From Trichoplax sp. H2 (lineage: Eukaryota): a DNA stretch of 64,000 nucleotides. Positions within the stretch are counted from its first letter, which is position 1. Each line of letters opens with the position of its first letter. The position numbers and the translations under genes were made by a program. The stretch lies in contig NOWV01000003.1 in NCBI GenBank assembly GCA_003344405.1, positions 682,001 to 746,000 of the forward strand, written 5' to 3'. Below are positions 23,263-52,669 of this stretch, one piece after another. The notes under the pieces were generated by a model, which searched no databases, had not been told where the DNA came from, and was given only the letters and a program-made list of their open reading frames with translations.

Positions 23263-25317
23263 ATGTGTATCATTTTTTTTCAATTCAATCCATCACCAAA
23301 TGAAACTCCATATCAGCTTATTCTAGCAGCAAATCGAGATGAATTTCTTAATCGACCTTCTAGACCTGCGCAACCGTTAGAAGGACATCCAAATGTAATT
23401 TGTGGTAGGTATCTCAGCTAACTGCAAATGAGCTCGAGTCTGTGCAATGCACAGTATGATGTGCAGTAGTATTTAGTATTTACTATGTAGCGGCATGATG
23501 TATAACATACACGTTGATCCGTAGGTCTCGATTTGGAACCAACTAACCCAGGCGGTACATGGATTGGTGTCTCAAAAAATGGACGGATTGCTGCTATAAC
23601 GAATACATCACGGGCTACTCACGATCCTAAACTGCAAAGCCGAGGTAAGCAATACAGTAACACGCGTATATATATATACGTATTAAAACTATCAGCACTT
23701 TTATTATGTAGCTTTTGCCTACATTAATTAATTAATATGGTATAAAAAAATGACTGCGTTAGGGGAACTAGTTATGAAGTTTTTAACAAGTGAAGTATCA
23801 CCTAAAGCTTACTTGGAAGAAATCGCTCAAGTTGGTCATAAATATAATGGCTTTTTCTTAATTACTATTGCTTTAAGGTAATGGTTAAGGATTCTGTATA
23901 ACCTAATAACGATTGTGCTTATCCTATTTTACAGTAACTTCAAATCGTTTCCCTACCTTGTATAAGAACCTACAATCTATAACAAGTCTCTAAAATTAAT
24001 TCTTGATTTTCGTATACGTTCGTATATTAATGCCTTAAATTCTTCATAATTTGACAATTAATTTCTCGATAAAGTATTCGTGTACTGTAATGTATATGCG
24101 ATGGTATCAGTGTCCCATTGAATAGTAATGCATCTAGTTTAATTTACCTGAAATCATCTTCTCGTTTCGACGTGCTTGTATTGCTACTCTACTCATCCAT
24201 GCTCAAATTGCCGATGCTGTAAAGACAAGATAAGATCGATGGATACATATTCTGCAATAAAGATGACGAAGGAATTCGACATATATCTGAAGGTTAGTGC
24301 AGTGTTGTATAATGCGATTTCATGTGTTACTTAGGTGAAAAGTTTGGTCCTCCGCCTATGAAATTTCTTACTTTCTGATTTAATTGATCATTATACTCTT
24401 TCATTAATATGCTAAAAAATTGATTATAACCCAACCAGAAATAATTTTATTACCATTTTAGGTCTACATGGGTTATCCAATTTTGCATTTAATTCTAATC
24501 AAACGAAAATTGTATATGGTAAAGAATTAATAGCTGATGCCGTTAAAAAATCGTCTTCCAAGGGCGATCTAATTTCTAGTCTCTTAACCGCTTTAAAAGA
24601 CAATAAAAGGTGCTAAGTATTTAATAGATTACTGCAGATTAATATATATGATTGCTACGCCTATTGATTATATCCAGTACTAATGTACCATGATACACGT
24701 ATGTTGCTATCGGATGTTATGATCACATTTAAGAGATGATAAAATAGAAAATTGAAAGGAAATTTGCATTAGATGATGTGACAGCATTACTTTTTAATTT
24801 ACTGCACAGTAATTACAGTAGTTATCCATACAACTATAGCATTATACCTATACTTGTATTCTTATTATTTGCTGTCTATGTCGCAGCTTACCCTACCAAA
24901 ATAGCGAGCTGAATTGATGTTAACTAGTTACTGCATTAACTTTTCAATATCAGTTACATTGTAATTGTATCTACAGTATTTAACATAACAAACATCTTTG
25001 CTTATAGTTTTAGTAAAATGCTGACCTATCTATTCCGAAAATTTTTAATTCAGATATTGCATATGTTCTGCAGTATCATCATTATTCAATAAGTTTTGTT
25101 TTATTACTACAGAAATGTTCCAGATCCTTTACATTCCTACATGTATCCGGAGCTATCATCTATTAACGTGAAATTACCAACGTATGGTACGCGAACTCAC
25201 ACCATAATTCTAGTTGATCATCAACAAAATGTTACTTTTACTGAACATACCATGCAATATCCTATAACCGAGAATCCAAAATGGATCGAAAATTGCTACG
25301 AATTCAGGTTTCAATAG
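23263..25317 (+). CDS. TANGO2: TANGO2 (transport and Golgi organization 2, NRDE family), 6 coding exons
   Basis: Exons 23263-23404, 23525-23644, 23763-23877, 24225-24292, 24462-24609 and 25113-25317. The N-terminus is MCIIFF...LILAANRDEFLNRP (NRDE motif), followed by GGTWIG, SRGELV, GLHGLSN and YGTRTHTIILVD. Junctions are GT-AG and in phase. Confidence 0.95.
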
Positions 25318-26362
25318 CTCTCTAGCTTTACCGATCGACTAAATATCGATTTTATAACATGCTATGCAAACTAGTGTATTAATTTCATAATAAAGATAAC
25401 TGTAAATATGAAATGCTACCGAAACTCGTAAGCACCTAAATACAGACATGCAATAGTTTTTAACTTAACAGATTATGTGTATAGTATGATAGCCAAATTC
25501 TTCTAAAATTGCTTCTCTTTCTAGATTTATTTATTGATAGACACACAAAAGGAACTAGTAATTATTAGATTAGTATTAATTAATATAGTAATTTATGTCG
25601 AATCATACCGTATGGACAATTGCAGTGTACGAATCATTTATGAAAGCATGTAATATTCTTGTCTACAAATTTAGGGTTATGTATTGGTACTGTAATTACA
25701 AAATATCGTTATTAAAATGTTGAAAACTGTATGGTTATGTATTCATACGCATCCTTGTTGCAATTCCTGCTTTATTACTTAAAAATTCATCGCCTTCGTA
25801 AAAGATTTAAATCCCTTTCTATAATTTCTATTAATCATACTCGTACTTCTTATATTTACAGATAGAACTAATATTGTTACGTATAGTATAGTAATCTTTA
25901 AAATTTCACTATTGATTTTAAACAAAAATTGGATCGTAACTGATGACTGAAATTTGTTAGAGCGTGCTCTATCCTGAACCAAAGTATGATTCATGTTATT
26001 TATTAACCTTGTTATACGCCTGCTGGACTAGGTACAACGTTAAATTCAAAGTTCTGTCTTAAAATGTTGTACCAATGCATTGAAAGCATAACGTGCAAAA
26101 AATTTTATGAAACGCTTGTAAAATAGTTTCTCAATCATAGTACACTTATATATACACAATTGGTAAAGCACAATTCTCAGTTATATCTTACAGCATAAAT
26201 GAAACAACAAAGTAGCAGTTCTTTAACGTAGTTCTTGTTGTAAATACAAAAAAGGAACACAGGAATAAGGGTCTTCCATTATGTTATAACGCCACAAAGT
26301 AACGATTATCTTCATAGCGCGAATCAAGAGGATATACATACAACTCTTAGAACGCTTTTAGC

Positions 26363-29300
26363 CTAAATAATTGCATATTGCTGGTATAATATATCTCGAA
26401 CAGTGTAATAATCGTTGCAGATTGCGCCTTCTAAAGTAATTTTGCCAGTTTCCGTCTACAGAATAAGTATAAGATTATTTAGTAATCCTGTAGTGTTTAT
26501 AGTCTAACTAGATGAAATGGCGTTATAATTACCCATTTGAAACAGTATAGATTAATAATTATAAGTTAACTTTAACTTACTCTACGAACAGCAATCTTGT
26601 CATTGCATACTATCACACCACCAACAAATTCCGCCTAATAGGATATATATATATAGGTAATACGGTAATTTTCATGTAAGTTCTTAAATACAACAAGCAC
26701 GACTTATAGAAATTAAAATGCACAGAAGGAATATAAAATTAACAAGGATCAAATCAAATCTGAATAGAATAAGATCTTTACCTGAATTCCGGCTTTAGTT
26801 AAAGTTTGCTTCAAATCCGATAGCCTTGGGTCATTGATAAAAACTGACTTATGACCAAGAATCTATAATAATTTTTAATTCCAATAAAAATATGAGTATT
26901 GTACATAATGTAAACTATTACCAATTTTTCATGGATAAATAAAGCTTTACCTCAGATTGCAGTAACGGTTCCAGAATTGGTACGACCGCTTCCGTTATAC
27001 TTGTATTATCAGTATCCATAGCTTCATCTTCATTTTTATTGTTCTTATCTAATAAACGCTCGTGACCCTTCGCTGTGACTGTTACCCGTCCATCAACCCA
27101 TGCTAACTCTGCATCTTTAGCATTGCAGTAATACAAGGAACTAACCAAAGAGTCGCGAAGCCTAACCTACAATTATATAGAAAAAATTTACTGCATGAAA
27201 TAAAATGTAATAATGATAATGAGACAGTATAATTAACTTGTGGAAGTCAATCATAAATCGATAGCAACAAATAGCGCTGGCTGAGTTTAGAACAATCCAA
27301 AGCGAACTGATTGGCACTGTTACTATCACGTGCTCCAAGATTATAAGTAATGTAGTCGAATGTGAACAATATAATCGCAACAGGTACCTTCTCAAATCCA
27401 GTACCCGCCTTAATTTTGAGTCCATTTACAAGTCACACAGTTTCTATTACTTATTTAATTTATTATCGTTATCTGGCTTCCGAAATCGCTACAGCATACT
27501 GCGTTTATTACATCGTGCCCTAAAAATCTTTTCACTCTCCTTACTAGATGTCAATAAATCATCGCTATCTGTGTACGAGAAGAGTGTTACATACAGTATT
27601 ACGCTAAACGCTAAAGGTCTTCTTCCTGCTAGCGAGATTGCAATGTTCTGTTGTAAATACATATTCAATCGAATGTATAAGAATTCACTATTGTTCGTGT
27701 ATAAATTATTTGCTGGTACAAGCGGTACTTTCTCCGACACTTATCAGAGAAATATGAACAGGTTATTATTAGTGCAGCAATAAAATCAGTGAATCATTAT
27801 GATTTTACCATACACTCTTCATTACTATTACTTCTGTACCTGATATAAGTGACTCTCAAATGTGGCGTCTACCGTTTGGCCTACGACCGGGGTGAATACC
27901 TTTCGGACACCCATTTCTTTTGATTGCCGGCAAAAATTACCTAATTCCTGAACAGCAGCAGACGAACCTCTTACCAATACCTAAACAGTTATCCAATTTT
28001 TAGTTATTTGCTTAGAAAATATTGCTTGTAAGGTTTCGTAATAAGATACATATTAATATTGTTTACGAACAAGATGCCTGGGATTGACCAAGCTGAGAAT
28101 ATTTCTGATAGATTCCCCGTCTGAGCGGCCTTCGAAATCGATAAGGCTAATTCTACAGCTGAAAGATTAAGATACCTTGGTAAACTGAGCGTTAAATTAA
28201 ATCAAAGTCCTTAATTTATATTCTGATATTTACTTAATGTCTATGTGCTTCAGGAATGATACACATTTCGTTGGGATTTTAGCTGAATAAAGAAACAATA
28301 GACTACTTAAGAACAGAAAAATCATGGAACAGAATTTTTTAAGTCATTCACATCCATAATTACTTGATTGCAAAACTTCGTAATCCATACTGTTCCCATC
28401 CTTGAATGGTAATAGAAGACAAATTTTTAAAATCGACGTTAATTAGTCATTAGTTAGTTAAAAGCAGGGAGGCTACAGAAGAAATTTGCATTTATTACAA
28501 GTTTCTGTTAGCTATAGCTAAAGTAGGGTACTGTATTATTGTAAATATTGCATTGTAACGATTTCCCTTATTTAAGAAATAGTGTCTATCTGAATGTGTC
28601 ACCTTTTTAGGCTTATCTTCTTCAGAAACATCAATTAGAGTGAAATCTTCAGGGCTAGAAATGGGCACAGTATTCCATGTTAGAAATAATTTATAAAAAG
28701 ATTTAACCTATATGAGCAATTCTAAAATCTTCTCTGATATTTCTTACTTGATAATTTCGCCATATTCATCCCACTTAATCCGTGTTTCACTAAATGGATA
28801 CATTGGATGAACAACAGCTTTTTTAAAAAAACTACTACGGCGGTCATCATCCTTTATCATTAAATCGCGTTTAACTTTTCCAGTATGATATCCACCGGTT
28901 ATAGTTGTCAGTTCATCATCGCTATCCTCATCGGCAATTTCATCAGCCATTCGATTTCTACATACAGGCAGGCAAGGGTATACTCGTATAAGTATTTCTT
29001 AAGCCAATTTAGATTACTACATACAGAACGTCATTTTATTAAAATATAGACAATAGTTACAAACTTTAAACCGTCAAGCTCTTTCACTTTTTCCTTTTCA
29101 CGTTCTTTTTGTAGATACTCCTCTAATTCATTACCACTTAATTCTACTCTTGTTTTGACCTAAAATGAAAATCACCATATATATTAAACAGCAATGAAGC
29201 AATACTATTTAAAATATATCATTGTTTTACCGTAACGTCTATTGATTGTGGCCTCTCGTCTAATATATGCCGCCCCAGAGTTCCCGGAGAAGATCTTCCA

Positions 29301-32300
29301 GTAAAGATAGTTAAATTCTTTGAATTTCCAGCCCATTGTAAGAATAAGTCTCGAGCAAAACCGCAAGTCAGATCAGGTGAACTAGCAAGAACAACCTATT
29401 GAATAGCAATTTAGGTATAAATTCTATTCTATATATCAAGACAGAGGAAAAAAAATACTGCGGGGCATGCAAGGAAATTAGATGAGTAAAAACTAGCTTC
29501 ATTACTTTTGGCTCGGGCAGACCAGAAAGTTCGTTTAGAGAATGGCACAACTGTATGTACCTGCAAAAATGATATTCACAAGCCAAAATCGGGTAATGAA
29601 TTATAAATCTTAATCACGTTGCCATTGATAGTCACAGTCAAAATTTGTGAAGCCTTACTTAAACTGAAACGGATTATTTCGATTATCTTCAAAGGCTACT
29701 AGTACTTTATCGCACATCCACTCAACCTAATAAGTAAACGGTAAAAATTAAAATTAAATCATTCAGTTTTGTTAGTAATATCGTAATATCAAACCAAGCT
29801 AAGAAATTAGCCTACTTGTGATTTTGCAAATTCAACGACATTGTAGCTGACGTGATTTAAAAGGGCTATCGGATAAGCTGAAAGACCAGGGTCTTTACGC
29901 CAGAGATGATCCTTATAAAAATATTACGTATTAAAATCGAGCTGTATAAAGTGCGTACAAAAAGGTAATCATTTTTATATGTAGGTACTTGATGTTAAAC
30001 TAAACAGTAGATATCGTATAACGAACTTTAGATATTCATCAGATAATCCCGTAGCTAGAAGTTAACTAAATTATGTTATTGCAGAGTACGTTAACGTTAC
30101 GTACTAAAAGTAGTGAAAGCTCAAGAACACGTCCAGCAGTATCCACAGCAATCAAGACATTGCCACCGGATCGAAGTGCATTCAAGACACGAGCTAGGGT
30201 TGAAGAAGAAATTACTAAGTAATAATCACAGCTTTTGATATGAAGAGAGTACATCATAACAATATAGTAATAATTCACAATAACCAAAATTTAAAGTTTG
30301 AAAGAAGCGCAATTTAATTCTGTCAAGGAAATAAATTTTTCGTTGATCTTACATATAAGCTTTTGGTCTCTATCGCGTCTTTTAGCTTGATTGTATTGAG
30401 CATTATAGGCATCAGTAATTAATAAAGATGGATGGGTCAAGGTCTCCAGCACTGAACCATTTAGATGTCTAGAAATCGATCAATTTTTAATCATAAGCAA
30501 TTGTGTATGTGTAATATTATCTCACACTGTATCCTACGATAACTATCGAAATATGCAAGCCTAATAAGGATGCGAATCTATTCTTAAATGGTACAGATTG
30601 AAATAATTACCTTTCCTTTTTGTGGTTATAATCGACAGCATAAATGATATCTTCTTCTCCATCTTTGATAATTTTCCAAATTGTACCGCCAACCATATGA
30701 CCAGCAGCGTAAGGCGTAATGGTGAGACCGTTTCCCTTACCTAAATTTTTAAGTCGATTTAAGATAAATCCTTTTAATCTATCCAAAGCAGTTTTCGTTC
30801 ATAATTTAGCATCAGTTACTTCCATCAATGTTCGATTTATAACCGTTTATTACATTTTACAGGTAAATTATGTTTCTCTGGGTTAAGAAAATTTACAATA
30901 ATAACCAATCATAAAAGACAAACTGATCTACTACTTCAAGTAGGGACTTCTCTTAGAAGTTCTTGCTTCAAATATGTATTGTAATTAAGTAATGGGAAGA
31001 TATTACCATCAACACCTACTGGCAATCCTCAATAATACAGTATTGAGCGTTAATCATTAAATATGCCAGTATTACGTTTTAAGCTTTAAGAATGATGTAG
31101 TTTTAAGGTATTCTGTCTTAATAAAAGAATACTATTGGGTTAAATGTATTTGTTGTAACCACTACAGGTCCTAACTGTAATTTCATATTTTTTACAGTAA
31201 ATATTTATAACAGTCCATAAATTAGTACAGTACCTTAACAATAATTAGACATTGACAATGTGCAATTGTAATATTAACATACTATCAAAGCATGGATAAT
31301 TTGTAATCGGATCGTTGCTCTTTAGACAGTAATGCGCTACAGCTGAAAGCAACTTGATACATATTTCGCAAGTACAAATGCTTAAAATTTTAAGTTTAAA
31401 ATTGGATTGTTAAAAGAATGAGCGTTACCTGTTAAGTGAACGTGCTGAGAATACTTCAATGCAGTAATTCTACTGAAAGCATCGTCGATATCATCCAATG
31501 AGAATAAATCGAAATCTTCGTAATCGTTTCTGGACTGCAAAAAGTTGTTATTTGTTAAATTGTATGCATTAGTGTACGTATCTATTAGCGATATCATTTA
31601 TTGAGCATTACGCAAGCTAGTTTTGATTAGAGATTTATAAAGACTACCGCTACCTATAATGTACAGTGTAGCAAAAGGGGTAACGGATTCATTAATTATT
31701 ATCGGTAAAATAATCGCTTTCCCATTGAAAAAGATAACGTTAGAAATAGATAGAAGGCACCTACCAAGAAAAGATCGTACATAAACATTTGGCCCATTTT
31801 GTGAACAGGGACTGTAGCATAGATTGGACATTTTAGTTGACATTTTCCGACTAAGTAAGGAATAGCACCCAGGTGTAGCAAGTCTGGATGAGACAGCAAT
31901 ACCGCGTCAATTTGATGAATATGCCTATCGATCAACAAAAGGTGCAAGTATTAAGGCAATATTTTACAATGATCTGCTAGTATTGAATTTCTAAGGAAAT
32001 AGCATGATTACAATCGGTAAAGTGCTTTTCAAAAGTAATTATTTTTAGGCTACACCTCAAATAGCATTCACATTCTGAAATCATTAAAGTTGCTCATACT
32101 GTGCTTCGCTAATTTTTATATCTACAGAAAAGTAAAACACAAATATGATATGCTATAGTTGCAATTGTTAAAACCGTGACATCTCCTTTTCTAGACATAC
32201 ATTATAGAATTATTAAACATTATGAAATAGTAGCTTGTTCATCTTATATTCTAATCTAATTCCCTTTTATTTGATTGACCACTCTGTATATATGCATCTG

Positions 32301-32955
32301 TGTAATTCAACATTAGAACGAAGCCACTGTCTGAATTGAAATGTACGGTATACTGTACTCGTGTAACGTCTGATTCCAAAAACATATCTGAAGATTTTAA
32401 TAGCGTAGTAAATAACTTTTATCAAATATACAAGAATGTACAATATACTGTACTTCTAAATTGTAGTAACTTTAGATGATATACAGTACCAATATGACTA
32501 CCTCAACATATACGGTTAGCTTGTGTATCGTAGTAAAAATAATTTTGTTACTGCACAGTCGCCACCTGGTACGTTGCTGACAGTTATGCTATCCTGCGTA
32601 AATTAGATGCTATACAGCGCAATTACTTCACCACCTTGAATTCACTAGTACATTATTGTAAGATTTTATAACTGGAGTCCGATATCCATAGCGGCATGTT
32701 TATAGTTCACGCTGTCTGGTATACACTACGTAGCATGTTAATGTATTCAAGGATCATCCAATAAATTTTAAGCCCAAAATAGGAAAGTAGGAAGTAGAAT
32801 GGTTACCTCTTAACTCGTTCCATCATTTCCATATCAAAATTTTCATCCCAACCGCAATCAAGTAGAAAATTAAATTCATCGACTTGTAATAAATAGCAAG
32901 GTGGGCCCTCATCTTGTCCACCAGACAATACCGTCATACGAATAATCGAAGTCAT
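26363..32955 (-). CDS. CPSF2: Cleavage and polyadenylation specificity factor 100 kDa subunit (CPSF2), multi-exon
   Basis: Starts [38 protein letters not shown]. Contains [56 protein letters not shown] and [11 protein letters not shown], and ends QYAII*. The junctions read were all GT-AG. Confidence 0.96.
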
Positions 32956-33049
32956 AGCGAAAATAGATTGATGTAAATTCACTGCAATAAATGATTTCAG
33001 CTCAGAGTTTATCCATGATCATCAGACACGATCGTCCATTCTCATCTTC

Positions 33050-33370
33050 TGCACGGTATGTGTACAGTACATAGCGGGTGCTAAGTACAGTACAGTACTG
33101 TACGTAGCTGGCCTTAACATTCTACTGTACTGTACTGTACACTGTACACTGTACAGTACATGACAGTCTCGTTTTCCAGAAGTCCCGGAGTACAGTACAG
33201 GACAGGACAGTACTGTGTACAGTCTAGAAGTGCGGTACTGTACAGTAGTTTAACAGTAAAACAAAGCACTGCTTGCAGTAAAATAAATGCTACTTTACTG
33301 TATGCTATAGTACAGTAGTTTAACAGTAAAACAAGGCAGTACCTGCAGCAAAATAAATGAATACAGTATA
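33050..33370 (-). promoter_or_regulatory. Probable CPSF2 promoter with TACAG/CTGTA arrays and a 70-bp-period duplication
   Basis: Lies 100-400 bp upstream of the CPSF2 ATG. Includes arrays such as TACTGTACTGTACTGTACACTGTACACTGTACAGTACA (33123-33160) and a duplicated block TACAGTAGTTTAACAGTAAAACAA at 33241 and 33311. Confidence 0.65.
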
Positions 33371-34728
33371 GTTAACCCATCGCAATTAGTTAAGGCCACA
33401 TTAGTAGTCCATGCATACCGTAGTGTGTTCTGTCAACGCAGAAAAAAGATATAAAAAGGTTATGAAGTCGTCTCTGATAGCAATAATACCGCGTGCCCGT
33501 ATATACAGCATATACTATATATACAAGTTCTTTTTTTAAAGTGCGGTATTCCATTAATGGCAGTATAGCATATAGAAGTAAAGACAACATTAACATTAAT
33601 CTACAGTAGAAAATCTGCGCAGGATTCATAACAAGCAACGTAATATTGTACACAGTGAGGGTGTTAGAAAGGTCATTCGATATTAGAAATCGGTTTGAAA
33701 TAGCTTACGTTGAATACTTTTCACTATACGTATTTATGCATTGTATTTTGCAAGCATCTAGTATTTTTAAGGGCTCAACATCATACTAGTGCAGTACAGT
33801 ATTGGATAAAAAATTACTAATTATGATTCAATGGCGACAAATTTATATTCTCATAGTATCAACAGTACGAAAATACTATCAAAGTCTATAAAAATTGTAG
33901 GAGTCGGATATTACTATTGATCCAAACTACTTACTATAAAATCCAAGCTTTATTTCCTTATAATAAATTTTTGCTACAATTGCAGATTAACAGTAATGTA
34001 TACGATGATATTAAATGGGAATAATGTACTGACTGTAACGAGCAATTGCGACTGCATCGCCCAAAGAGGTAAAAATCTCGACGGCAGCATTACTTATACT
34101 CCACAGTACGCGTATGCTACTTTATTTTGCAGCTCTATCGTCCTATTTATTACATAATCATTAACGGATGTATGTAATCATGATATGCATGAGCAAATTT
34201 ACATGTGTGCAAACGCACTATTTTCACATAGCAATCAGATTCTATATGACATCAACTTATTTCCAGACTTACATTCCTCCTAGTGATCACTAATACCGCT
34301 AATCAACATAAAAATCATTTTTATTATAAACTTAAAATTTAATTTAATCCTACAATATCTGAGCATAGCTATTGTAACAACAGTAAAACCGCTTGGTAAT
34401 TCACATTACTGTAGTTATTCGTATTATTAAATTTTATGAATATAGCCAATCTATGCGCCTGAATGTATGGGAGGTGATCATCATGTCCGGTAAATATCAT
34501 TTTTATTGCGCATTACTACACTATACTAGCTGGTGCAGCTTACGTACGTAAATTGCAAGTATGAAGGATTATTTTATTTTCATTCATCATTTATTTACAT
34601 ATACTCGCATGCGTAATTCTTATTTAACGTGATTTTCTTGTATTCAAATGATAGCCATCGTAACAAATATATAACCAGTGATAAAATTTATATGTACTTA
34701 AATGAGTAAATTGTATAGGGTTAATATC

Positions 34729-50042
<15,314 letters not shown>

Positions 50043-50239
50043 CTCTACCGATTTCAGTTAGTTGTCGTTTTTTAAGATCAATTTTAACTCTGAGTCAATA
50101 TAAAGATGATCTTTATTTAATGTTTACGAGATGATTTACAGTATAAGGTATACGTAAATTTCTTCAAAAAATCACTTCTTCAAGAGGTTGTGCAACTCCA
50201 TTTTTTTATAAATAAATTGAGATCATTCATTGACTGGTG

Positions 50240-50560
50240 CCACTGTGCCGTGCTGCATTCAGCCTCTACTATATAGTACTCTACGTTACGGTCAGTCAGT
50301 TGTACTGTACTCACTATGCAACTGCACAGCATACAGTACGTAATGAATTTTTGGCGGGAAAATTTGTAAGACTTGTACTGTACATTATTGATAGTCTTAC
50401 TAGTTGTTACAGTACTATCGAGGTCAGATCTTTGCATTCTACAGTATTCTGCAGACCACGACCACTGACTGACCAGACCACCAGACTACAGTATGAAGAC
50501 CCCTATCTACAGTACAGTATCACGGTACGTCGTACTGTACTGTACACTATAACTAAACTG
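50240..50560 (-). promoter_or_regulatory. Probable POLE promoter with TACAG/CTGTA arrays and an overlapping double E2F-type site
   Basis: TTTGGCGGGAAA at 50350-50361 reads TTTGGCGG on + and TTTCCCGC on -, ~310 bp upstream of the ATG. It is flanked by GTACTGTAC/TACAGTAC motifs. Confidence 0.65.
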
Positions 50561-51680
50561 TTAGCGATTCCATGAACCAGGCAAAGATAGCCGACATTAC
50601 CGATAGTCAACATTGCAGTTATGAGTCATCTCTCATTTAAAAGACTTTTTTAGTGGTGACCATGTAGTCATGTACACTACTGTATCCTACATTATAATGG
50701 AGCTAATTGAACGGGTGTAATGACTAGTTATGATTTTTGTTAAACTGGGGTGCCTAGACTGCATACCAACTAAATGCGAAATAATTACAATCAAATTGTA
50801 GTAAATAACGATTTACTTTTATTACAGTTTTACAGCTTCTTAGAAATATTACTCTCCTATACGAGTACAGTACACTTGATTCATCGTGCTAGTTAATAAT
50901 AATAATTCAATTAATATATAATTACAGACCAAAATGGACATTTTTCTTGATAACCAGAATTACTGCAGCATGTTTTTGTTACTTATTATTTGTTCTGTTG
51001 TGAATTATTTATCACTAAATGCACCAGCGTGCAAATAATTAACTAATGACTATATACAGTAGTTACCAGTGTCCTACAGCACTGAATGTTAATTTGAAAA
51101 GGAATATAATAAGAGGACGGCTGAGCGATTTTAACTTTGAACATTAAAAGTAACAGCAACCTGAGATTATTGCGCTTTTAATTTAGGTACGGTACTAACA
51201 ACTTTAATAAGAGTTAATTACGGTAATGCGGTAACGAATTACGAAAGTAATAAACAAATGTACGGAATAGTTTACTAAACACGATACAGTAATGCGCTGT
51301 CATAGTGCAGTGATGTAAAAAAAACGTGAAACACCAATCAAGCTAAGTGAAGTGCGCGCACAGTAGTATGAGTGCATTATGTTAAAAAAAAGTTAAAAAG
51401 TTTTCGTCGACACCGCCCCCATTCTGCGATTTGTATAGCACAGTATACAGTACTTGATGATGCCGTTTCTATTTACTTAACGTTTATAGTTGTAAAAGTA
51501 ATTACTTTGATATGCAAATACATCTCATTGATATGCTGTGCTAGTATGCTGAACTTACTAACATACAGCAGTATATTTGTTTAACATACTATCGTGCAAA
51601 TCCTACTTTTCTGGTAATATCGGTCTTCAAGTGTCTTGAGTATAGCTGAGAGTTTTATAATCTCGAGCTTAAAAAGCTCC

Positions 51681-52270
51681 ATTTGGTTTGCAATACTGTA
51701 TGTGTTGCTAATAAAAACGTAATGAGTCATGACTATGACGCATGTGGTGTACACTGTAAACTCAGTGTACAGTACGGCACGCATACATGTGGATGGAATG
51801 GGAGAGCTTTAATTTAGAATGGCACACGTCAAGAATAAAATAGACTGTAATTAATAAGTAAATTAATTATGCTTACTGTATTTATGCGCCATCATTTGGG
51901 GGCATTATTATTCATTAAAAGCTTCCTCCATGATAACCACCTATTTCGCTTTCTAACCCCTAACCCTAATTAATTATTTTGATTTGGTTTGCAATATGTG
52001 TTGCTAATAAAAACGTAATGAGTCATGACTATGACGCATGTGGTGTACACTGTACACTCAGTGTACAGTACGGTACGCATACATGCGGATGGAATGGGAC
52101 AGCTTTAATTTAGAATGGTACACGTCAAGAATAAAATAGACTGTAATTAATAAGTAAATTATGCTTACTGTAATTACGTGCCATAATTTGGGGGCATTAA
52201 TTATTCATTAAAAGCATCCTTCATGATAACCACCCATTTCGCTTTCTAACCCCTAACCCTAATTAATTAT
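51681..52270. repeat. Tandem duplication, two diverged ~290-bp copies (51681-51977 and 51982-52270), each ending in CTAACCCCTAACCCTAA
   Basis: Both copies start ATTTGGTTTGCAATA and contain ATGAGTCATGACTATGACGCATGTGGTGTACAC. Both end GCTTTCTAACCCCTAACCCTAATTAATTAT. There are scattered substitutions and small indels. Confidence 0.95.
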
Positions 52271-52669
52271 CCGTATGATTATAATAATGCAGTATGTAAT
52301 ACTTGCGTGTACCATAGTCTGATCATTACCCTACTAATCTGCTTCAAACATTCGAATGTCCAGGCGTGGTGATGGTTATTTAGATTACTGATAACTGAAC
52401 CGTTATCTCTACGATTAGCTTGTTTAAACTAATGAATTAGGTGAATTAGATGTTACAGTATTTTATTTTTTTATCTTGCCTATGCCAATTCATTACAGAA
52501 TAGTGTAGTTTTACGATATCACGTACATACTGCATACTTGACCCCGGACCTCCATGCTTCATACCCGTACTGTACACTGAGTGAAAGTAACAACTTGAAA
52601 GTGATTCGCTGCTATAGTGTACAATTGTAATTAGCTAATTAGAAAGGAGTCCGGTAACGTGATCCAAAA

